Assembly: GCA_963792695.1 (NCBI GenBank)
Contig: CAWBXA010000002.1
Location: 4,441 to 68,440, forward strand
Source: an uncultured Verrucomicrobiae bacterium
GTDB taxonomy: Bacteria; Verrucomicrobiota; Verrucomicrobiia; Chthoniobacterales; Chthoniobacteraceae
Direction: 5' to 3'
Length of the DNA: 64,000 bases
A program made the position numbers and the translations under genes. The notes beneath the pieces are model-generated. The model was given only the letters and a program-made list of their open reading frames with translations, did no database searches and had not been told where the DNA came from. Positions 57,084 to 64,000 of the stretch are shown one piece after another. How positions within the stretch are numbered: position 1 is the first letter of the stretch; each line of letters begins with the position of its first letter.

Positions 57084-59315
57084 TTAGAAACGGAAATCGA
57101 GGCTGATCAAGTCGAGGAGCGACTGCAAGACGAGACGCCCCCAGAGCCGCCGCCCGGTGTGAATGTGGCCGTGGCCGGTCATGCCGGGTCGCAGCAGGCC
57201 GGCGGAGTTATCGATGTCAATGCGGGCCTCAAAGGTGCGCTCGAGCGGCACCTCTTCGCCCTTGCTGTTCACGCCCGTCGGAACGTCGCCACCGCGCCGG
57301 CCAGAGAGCGCGGGCGGCAAGTCTTTAGCGACGAACATGGCATGCACTTCGGCGATCTGGCCGTGAATGGCGCGACCGGGGAAGGCATCCGCCTCCAGGT
57401 CCACGGCCTGTCCTTTTTCGACATAGCGAACCTGCTTTTCGTTAAGCGCCATCTTGATCTGCATCGGATTGAGTGAGCCGATTTTGCAGAAGACGTCGCC
57501 ATTGCGCAGCAGATGTCCGACGCGATTCTCCAACTCGCGCGTGAGCACGGTTCCTTTGCTCCTGGCCTTCAGCGTCAGTGAGTCGAGGTCATGCTGTGAG
57601 CGCTCCACTTTGCGCTGACCCTCGGCGAGTTGACTGGCGAACTGCTTATACTCGGCTGGCCGATCCATGCCGAGCGCCCGCTCCATATTCGCCTGCGCCA
57701 TCGCCAGGCGCTGTGTGTTGGTGACGTGCAGTTGCTCGAGTTCGCGATTTTCGAGGTGGGCCAAAGGCTGGCCGGGCACGACGCTGTCGCCCTCCTTGAC
57801 CAGCACGTCTTTGACAAAGCCGGGCACCTCCGGGATGACTTGCTCCGGCTCCGCCAAGTCGATCGCGCCGGAGCGCGAAATGGTCAGATTCCACGGCATG
57901 AAGCACATGATGAGGAACGCACCGCCGACCGTGCCGAGAATCGTGGAGAGCCGCCGCAGCCGCCCACCCCGGTTCCAATCCGCGCGCTTGAGTTGCAATC
58001 CTTTGAAGAAAGTCCAAAATGGCATAATAACCCACGCGAGAAGCGCAGAAACGGCGAGGAAACGCCCGACGCCGCGCAAATCATAGCGAGCCAGGTTGTC
58101 CGACATGAACCACGTGAGGTGGTAGATCACATAGTAGCCGTAGATCCACGAGAGCACCGCATAAGTGTAGAAGAGCGCAAACCGACGGCGGGGCAGGGGC
58201 ATTCGCGCAAGCATCGAATCATCTTTGTGCCCGAAGATGAGGCCCTTCATCTGATGCGTGACGAGGGCGCGCGACTTGGCTTGGAGATTTGGGACCTCGA
58301 TCAGATCGGTCATGATGTAGTACCCGTCGAACCGCATGAGCGGATTGGCGTTGAAAACGATCGTCGAGAACGAGGCGATGACCATCACGTTGAAGAGGAA
58401 GTCCTGAAATGGTCCCGGCTGAACGACCGCCCAAAGAAAGCTCGCGAGCGCGGCGAGCACGAGTTCGACGTAGATGCCTGCCGCGGAAATAAGGATGCGA
58501 TGTTTGCGCTGCGGGAGCACCCACGAGTCGCTTACATTCACGAAGAAGTATGGGGTGAAGACCATGAACATGATCCCGACCTCGTGGACCTCGCCGCCGA
58601 GGTGTTTGCACGTAAGCCCATGGCCCAGTTCATGGATCGACTTGATCAGGATGGTGGTGATCCAGATGAGCGTCAGGTTGTTGAACGAGAAGAAGTTGCT
58701 CATCGTGGGATGAATCCGGTCGCGATTCATCAGATAAACGACGATGCCGGCGAGGATGATGAGGCAGGCCACCCAGTTCGACTGTTTGGTCCAGACCCAG
58801 CCAATGGGGCGTGCCATGCGGGCGAAGAGCCGGTCGGGATCGAAGACCGAGAAGCGCTTGAAGAAGACGTTGTTGACGAAGTTGTAGAACCACCCTTTGC
58901 CAGCCTTCTGTTTGCGCTTGGCGTCATATCGAGCTTTGAGGCGCTGCCCCTGCACGCTCAGCATTTGCATGAGTGCCAGATCATTGGCGAAGCGGAGCAC
59001 CCGCTCATTCACCTCTTCCGGCGTGTATTCCAGCGGGATGTGCGGGAAACGCTGGAGGAAGAGGTTGCGGATTTTGCCGAACATTCGCCTGCCGTCAAAA
59101 AGGGTCGCAAGATAGTAGTCCTCAGCCGACATGCGGAAGTACTGGAGAGATATCGGATCCTTCACCACATGGTAGGTGCGTCCTTCGAAGGTCTGGCGAT
59201 TTATGACCAAATCGCGCCGAAGCGGCGGCAGAACCACCTTCTCCTGAGCCGCTGGATTGGGGGCCGCACCGGGAATCGAGAGGATCGGCTGAGGAGCAAG
59301 AGCGACGGCAGGCAT
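57084..59315 (-). CDS. Fusion of an M50 (site-2-protease-like) membrane metalloprotease with a HlyD-type periplasmic adaptor
   Basis: 743 aa. HELGHGLTCKHLGG (HExxH) and NANPLMRFDGYY (M50 second motif) in the polytopic N-terminal half. The C-terminal half has the lipoyl/barrel-sandwich pattern of membrane-fusion proteins (GFVKDVLVKEGDSVVPGQPLAHLE...LRPGMTGHGHI). Confidence 0.8.
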   Translation of the reverse strand: MPAVALAPQPILSIPGAAPNPAAQEKVVLPPLRRDLVINRQTFEGRTYHVVKDPISLQYFRMSAEDYYLATLFDGRRMFGKIRNLFLQRFPHIPLEYTPEEVNERVLRFANDLALMQMLSVQGQRLKARYDAKRKQKAGKGWFYNFVNNVFFKRFSVFDPDRLFARMARPIGWVWTKQSNWVACLIILAGIVVYLMNRDRIHPTMSNFFSFNNLTLIWITTILIKSIHELGHGLTCKHLGGEVHEVGIMFMVFTPYFFVNVSDSWVLPQRKHRILISAAGIYVELVLAALASFLWAVVQPGPFQDFLFNVMVIASFSTIVFNANPLMRFDGYYIMTDLIEVPNLQAKSRALVTHQMKGLIFGHKDDSMLARMPLPRRRFALFYTYAVLSWIYGYYVIYHLTWFMSDNLARYDLRGVGRFLAVSALLAWVIMPFWTFFKGLQLKRADWNRGGRLRRLSTILGTVGGAFLIMCFMPWNLTISRSGAIDLAEPEQVIPEVPGFVKDVLVKEGDSVVPGQPLAHLENRELEQLHVTNTQRLAMAQANMERALGMDRPAEYKQFASQLAEGQRKVERSQHDLDSLTLKARSKGTVLTRELENRVGHLLRNGDVFCKIGSLNPMQIKMALNEKQVRYVEKGQAVDLEADAFPGRAIHGQIAEVHAMFVAKDLPPALSGRRGGDVPTGVNSKGEEVPLERTFEARIDIDNSAGLLRPGMTGHGHIHTGRRLWGRLVLQSLLDLISLDFRF

Positions 59316-59409
59316 GCAGAAGAAGGAACAGAACAGCAGGACGAGCGCGTTGCAATAAAAATGTTATCCAATTGCAGGGTGGCTCGCCGAAAGCTCACAA
59401 TTCGGGAGC

Positions 59410-62400
59410 TTACGTGCCCTTCGGCTGAAGTTGCCGTCGTAGGACAAGGTAAACGAGACCGAGCATCGCGAGGCTGGTGGCTGAAAGGACTACGCTGTTC
59501 CAGACGTACACACTCGCAATCATCCCAAGATAAAGCTTGTTCGGTGAAAAGAAGACGTTGGCAGGGATTTGGCGACGGTAATCGTTTTGCACCGTCTCGG
59601 CTTTGGCGACGAGGTCGGTGACGTTCTGATTGGTGTAGAGCCGCTCGGCGGTGACTCCGCCCCCTTTGGATTTAATGCCGCCGGTGTCCAGCGATTTCCC
59701 GTCAATCACGCCATCGATTCGCCGCAACCGCTTCTCGATCTCTGCCACACTGCTCGATTCCAAGCCACTGACCAGGGCCAGTGTCTCCTTCAGGTCGTCC
59801 AGCCGATCGAGGCTCTTCGGCGATCGTTCATGCCGCGCCACGATGGTGTCGATTTGCTTTTGGATTTCATCCTGCCGCCGGGTTAGCGGGTTGAGCTTGG
59901 CCTGGGCGACGATGAGCGCCTCGTATGAATAATGAGTGGCAACCAACCGGCTGATGAGCGGGATTTGCAGTCGCGCATCTTCGCGCCATCGGCTTACCGC
60001 TTCCGGGTGGGTGGTGAAGTAGCGCGAGATGGTATAGCGAATGTCGAGGTCGCGATTCATGTCGCTGTACTTGATGAGCGCGCCGCCAAAGATGAGCTGC
60101 GGAATGAGCACGAGCGGCACGAAAAGCACCGCCGTCATGGAATCGGTGACGATGGAGGAAATGGCCAGGCCGAGGCTGGAGCCGCTAAGTGAGGTGATGA
60201 AGAGCCAATAGAAGTACGGCCAGAACATCCCGCGAATTTCGAGGATGTTGTTGCCGACCAACGTGAAGATCGCGCACTGCACCGCCGAAAAAAGTGCCAG
60301 CGTCCCGAGCTTCGCGAGGATGTAGTAGGGGAGGCGAACATCGAGATTGCGCTCCCGGTGAAGGACGACGCGATCGCGGATCAGGTCGGTCACGCTGTTG
60401 ACCAAGCCGAGAAAGAGCGCGAGCAGCAGCGAAATAAAGATGTAAGTCGGAATGTGAAACGCGCTCGCGAAGTCGTAGTTGCCGGAGGGATCATCGGTGT
60501 AGTGGAGCGTGGCCGCGACGAGCACGGCGATGATCGGCGGGATCAGCAGGGTGAGCGTGAGGTTCAGCCGGTTGCGCAACTTCGAGAGAAACGCGCGACG
60601 CCACAGCGCGCGAAACTGCGTCCACTCGTCGCGCCAGCGGATGCGGGAGCGGCCCAGGGAAGAAGCCGCGGCGCCGATCTGCGCGGGAGGTGGGGCCGGC
60701 TTGCGAACGCTGACGTGCTTCATCTCCTGGAGCAGGCGAAAGCTTTCGTACTTGTCGCGCCAATAGTCGGGCGAGAAACGCCGCGCCGGCACCAATTGCC
60801 CTTGAGAATTTTCCTCGTAAATAACATCGCCGCTCAGGTCGCGCAGCGGAGTCTCAAGCACATCGAAGATGAATTCCGGACGGGTCGTGCCGCACGCCGG
60901 GCAGCCGCCGAGTTCAGTGCCGAAATGCTGCTCGTGCTCCGCGGCGGCAAAGTATTCCAGCATTTGGCCCGGGGTGCCGAAGAAGACGACGCGCCCGCCC
61001 TTGTCCAGGAGCAGCGCCTTGGAAAACATCTGGAACAGCTTGGACGTCGGCTGATGGATCGTCACGAAGACGATCTTGTTGTGCGCCATGGATCGGATGA
61101 TCTCGATGACATGCTCGCTATCCTTGGAGGAGAGCCCGCTCGTCGGCTCATCGAAGAGAAAAACGTCCGCGGACGAAACCATATCGAGGCCGATATTGAG
61201 CCGCTTGCGCTCGCCGCCCGAGAGGCGCTTTTTGATTGGAGAGCCAACGACCGAGTCGCGCCGCTCCGAAAGGCCGAGTTCCACCAGTTTGCTGTCGATG
61301 CGACGCGAACGATCACGCGCGGAAAGGTGTGGCGAACGGATGGCGGCGGCGAATTCGAGGTTTTCCTCGATGGTCAGATGCTCGTCAAAGGCATCGTCCT
61401 GCGGGATGTAGGAGACGAAGTGTTTCAGGGCATCGACATCTCCGTAGAGCGGCTGCCCGTTTAGAAAGACCCCGCCTTGCTGAGGCTGCAATTGGCCGGC
61501 GAGCACCCGCATGAGGGTCGATTTGCCGCAGCCGCTCGCCCCCATCACGCAGACGATCTCTCCGCGGCTGACCGAAAAGGAAATTCCGTCAAGTGCCGGG
61601 TCACCCTTGCGGAAGTAGTGCGAGACGTCGCGCACCTCGAGTTGGGAGATGATGTTCCGCTCCTCCTCGATGATCCGCTCCGAGAAGTCGCACCGCAGGA
61701 TCTGCCCGGTATCGATGCGGATGGTGTCACCGTCTTTCAGCTCCGCGGTCCCTTTCTCCGCGAGCGCCACGTCTCCAACCAGGATCGGCCGGTCAGCTTG
61801 GATCACCTCCAGCTTGCCGATCTTCCGATCGTAGTCACAGAGGATTTTCAGCAAGACTTCGCCCGCGGTGCCTGGCGAGAGGAGGATGTCGTCCACGTCG
61901 AGCAGCGAAGGGTTGTTCGAGACGAGGTAGCCGCTCTTGTAAGCCTTGAGCTGGAAGCGACCGCCGAGCGCGCGCGCACGACGGCGCAAATCATTCAGCG
62001 GCAGCTCGGAGTCGTTGTGGAAAACGATCCGGTCATCGAGGTCGGCTTCGAGGCGGACGCCGGCTCGCAGCACGATGCCATTGAGGAGCGCATCGATATC
62101 GCGGAGGGCGCGGACCTGGACCTTCAGGCCAAAGGTGATCTCAAGCGCCGAGTCGCGCGTCCGCGCCTTTTCCAACTGCACCTCGTCGTTGGTATCCACG
62201 GTGATGAAGACGTTCGTGAGAGAGACGTTCTTCTTCGCGTTGAAGTAATAGGCGAGGTCCTGGTAGGTTAGCACCTGCTCTCCCAGGACGATGCGCTGGC
62301 CCGAGTAGATGCGGCAAAATTCGCCCGGTCGCAGCGGTCGACCCCGGACTACAATGCCGCGCGAACTCTGGTTTTTAAGCAGAATCAAATCGTGGTAGCG

Positions 62401-63111
62401 AAAGGCGATCAACCGCTCGTCATCCTGCAGCCCCTTGAGCGCCACATCGGCCCGGCGGGTGGCGCCGAAACTGAGCGACTCGAGCGGTGACTCGCCCTGC
62501 TGATACACAGCCTTATCGTGATCGTCGGCGGAGACGTTGAGCTGATAGACAATATCGATGGCTTGGGACGCCATCCCCAACTGAGTCATGAACGAGTAGA
62601 AGGCGACGACCTGCTGCTGCTCCATGCCTGCGCGACAGATCAGGTCGTAGAGCTGAACGCCGAGCATCATCTTGCGCTCTGTGCCGAGTTCGGCGGCGAG
62701 CTTTTGCGCCATCGCGGCGAGGTCCTGCTGCTCGTTCAGCGCCTGGCGGAAAAGCTTTCGCAATTCCGAGTACATCGCCTCGGGGTAGTCGTAGCGCAGA
62801 AAACCAAGGGAGGAGTCGATTTCCTCCTCGAGCGCGTCATTGCCGGCCGTCTTGGAAAACGCGGCCAGCACCTGGATGAGTAGCGGCAGCAGGTTGGGAT
62901 TATCCGTGGTGCTGCGGGCGCGGCGGCTCACGCGCCGGCGGAGGCCGTTGACCACCTGCCGCACGCGAAAGGCGGCGGGGCTCATCTGCCACCGCTCCTC
63001 CAGCCGGTCGCGCAAGGTTTGGTGGTTTCCGTTGTGGAGAGGCATGAGAGTCGCGCGGGTCCCTCGCTGCCGGGTGGCGCGGGGGAGCGAACGTATATCC
63101 GGGTTGACCAA
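59410..63111 (-). CDS. ABC-2/ABCG-type transporter (NBD + permease in one chain) with a ~480-aa N-terminal cytoplasmic extension
   Basis: 1233 aa. A likely ATG is at 63045 (MPLHNGNHQ). NBD motifs [32 protein letters not shown]. Six TM segments of ABC-2 type. The N-terminus has a TerB-like helical part and beta-rich, weakly FHA-like segments. Confidence 0.85.
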   Translation of the reverse strand: MVNPDIRSLPRATRQRGTRATLMPLHNGNHQTLRDRLEERWQMSPAAFRVRQVVNGLRRRVSRRARSTTDNPNLLPLLIQVLAAFSKTAGNDALEEEIDSSLGFLRYDYPEAMYSELRKLFRQALNEQQDLAAMAQKLAAELGTERKMMLGVQLYDLICRAGMEQQQVVAFYSFMTQLGMASQAIDIVYQLNVSADDHDKAVYQQGESPLESLSFGATRRADVALKGLQDDERLIAFRYHDLILLKNQSSRGIVVRGRPLRPGEFCRIYSGQRIVLGEQVLTYQDLAYYFNAKKNVSLTNVFITVDTNDEVQLEKARTRDSALEITFGLKVQVRALRDIDALLNGIVLRAGVRLEADLDDRIVFHNDSELPLNDLRRRARALGGRFQLKAYKSGYLVSNNPSLLDVDDILLSPGTAGEVLLKILCDYDRKIGKLEVIQADRPILVGDVALAEKGTAELKDGDTIRIDTGQILRCDFSERIIEEERNIISQLEVRDVSHYFRKGDPALDGISFSVSRGEIVCVMGASGCGKSTLMRVLAGQLQPQQGGVFLNGQPLYGDVDALKHFVSYIPQDDAFDEHLTIEENLEFAAAIRSPHLSARDRSRRIDSKLVELGLSERRDSVVGSPIKKRLSGGERKRLNIGLDMVSSADVFLFDEPTSGLSSKDSEHVIEIIRSMAHNKIVFVTIHQPTSKLFQMFSKALLLDKGGRVVFFGTPGQMLEYFAAAEHEQHFGTELGGCPACGTTRPEFIFDVLETPLRDLSGDVIYEENSQGQLVPARRFSPDYWRDKYESFRLLQEMKHVSVRKPAPPPAQIGAAASSLGRSRIRWRDEWTQFRALWRRAFLSKLRNRLNLTLTLLIPPIIAVLVAATLHYTDDPSGNYDFASAFHIPTYIFISLLLALFLGLVNSVTDLIRDRVVLHRERNLDVRLPYYILAKLGTLALFSAVQCAIFTLVGNNILEIRGMFWPYFYWLFITSLSGSSLGLAISSIVTDSMTAVLFVPLVLIPQLIFGGALIKYSDMNRDLDIRYTISRYFTTHPEAVSRWREDARLQIPLISRLVATHYSYEALIVAQAKLNPLTRRQDEIQKQIDTIVARHERSPKSLDRLDDLKETLALVSGLESSSVAEIEKRLRRIDGVIDGKSLDTGGIKSKGGGVTAERLYTNQNVTDLVAKAETVQNDYRRQIPANVFFSPNKLYLGMIASVYVWNSVVLSATSLAMLGLVYLVLRRQLQPKGT

Positions 63112-63216
63112 TTGTCGATAAGCCCTACGGTTTTCTCTCTGGCGGGCGATACGGTTTGCGGCTGCGTGCCGTTGCTGCTACGTTCTGAGTCCTCTCTTTC
63201 AGCCGCTCTCTTCTCC

Positions 63217-64000
63217 ATGCCGCAGTCCGACCCGCGTCCGTCCAACAACAATAATCGTCCGCGCAATGGCGGCACTCCCGACCCCAACTTCAATTGGCGC
63301 GGGCTTATTCTCTTCTCCATCGCGGTGGCGCTGATTGCGGGCGCGTATCTCGCCAATGCGAAGAACGCGAGCATGAGCGAGCTTTCCTACCCGGCGTTTC
63401 TCAATGCGCTGAAGGCGAACGAAATCCTGAACGACGCCCCGAATCATCAGGTCGATCTGGTGCATGACCCGCAGGCGGGCAAGGATTACTTGGAGGGATT
63501 TGTGAAGAAGGATGGCGCGAACGTGCGCTTTCGCACCGAAGTGAATCTTCTTTTTAATCAGGACCTCAACGTGGTCCTGCGTGAGAATGGGATCGTCGCC
63601 AATCCGAAGACGAACAACTCTCTGCTGGCTTCCGCGCTCGTCAGCATGCTGCCGATTGTCATTCTGGTGCTGCTGGCTTTCTTTTTCTTTCGCCAGCAAA
63701 TCCGCATGGCGGGCAAGGGGGCGCTGAACTTTGGCAAATCCAAGGCGCGCATGCTCTCGCGTGAGAAGAACAAGGTCACCTTCAAGGATGTGGCCGGGGT
63801 GGAAGAAGCGAAGGATGAGGTTCAAGAGATCGTTGAATTTCTGCGTGACCCGAAAAAGTTTCAGAAGCTCGGCGGCCGCATTCCAAAAGGGGTGCTCATG
63901 GTTGGCCCGCCCGGGACTGGCAAGACCCTGCTGGCCCGCGCCATCGCTGGCGAAGCCGATGTGCCGTTCTTTTCCATCTCTGGCTCGGACTTTGTTGAGA
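63217..64000 (+). CDS. ftsH: ATP-dependent zinc metalloprotease FtsH (5' part, runs off the right edge)
   Basis: My own translation from ATG 63217: ...[74 protein letters not shown]. Absent from the ORF track because there is no stop in the window. Confidence 0.92.
   Translation, partial: MPQSDPRPSNNNNRPRNGGTPDPNFNWRGLILFSIAVALIAGAYLANAKNASMSELSYPAFLNALKANEILNDAPNHQVDLVHDPQAGKDYLEGFVKKDGANVRFRTEVNLLFNQDLNVVLRENGIVANPKTNNSLLASALVSMLPIVILVLLAFFFFRQQIRMAGKGALNFGKSKARMLSREKNKVTFKDVAGVEEAKDEVQEIVEFLRDPKKFQKLGGRIPKGVLMVGPPGTGKTLLARAIAGEADVPFFSISGSDFVE

Overview
This is a visibly GC-rich bacterial chromosomal segment. Its gene content (a PVC-style secreted beta-propeller 'dehydrogenase-like' protein, archaeal-type ProRS, pectin lyases, many Pro/Ala linkers) suggests a Verrucomicrobiota/Opitutales-like organism, by inference only. 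The backbone is housekeeping genes: tRNA-Arg, proS, trxA, mscL, murI, mdh, folA, purL, a sigma-70 factor and ftsH. It also carries an L-fucose-type sugar-acid cluster (6.3-10.8 kb) and pectin-degradation genes (37.7-40.8 and 46.4-47.7 kb). Six accessory blocks stand out. (i) A GrpE-like / short Hsp70 / J-like+FGE-domain operon at 19.0-23.3 kb. (ii) Two nucleotidyltransferase-fold + small-ORF modules bracketing an M20 peptidase gene at 13.5-16.0 kb. (iii) A 5.7-kb mosaic island (27.78-33.51 kb) bounded by 17-bp inverted repeats and a GGAATT direct repeat; it holds two IS110-family copies, IS1-like debris and at least two integron attC-like sites with small cassette-like ORFs, but no integrase. 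(iv) A heavily degraded type I R-M locus at 41.0-46.1 kb. (v) A 1.4-kb gene-less gap filled by about 205-bp tandem repeats upstream of purL. (vi) An operon at 55.1-63.1 kb encoding an ABC transporter with a long N-terminal extension, an M50-protease/HlyD fusion and TolC. Many genes, including essential ones, carry apparent 1-nt indels, often in homopolymer runs. Coordinates of the 'frameshifted' genes were therefore reconstructed by eye and are approximate.
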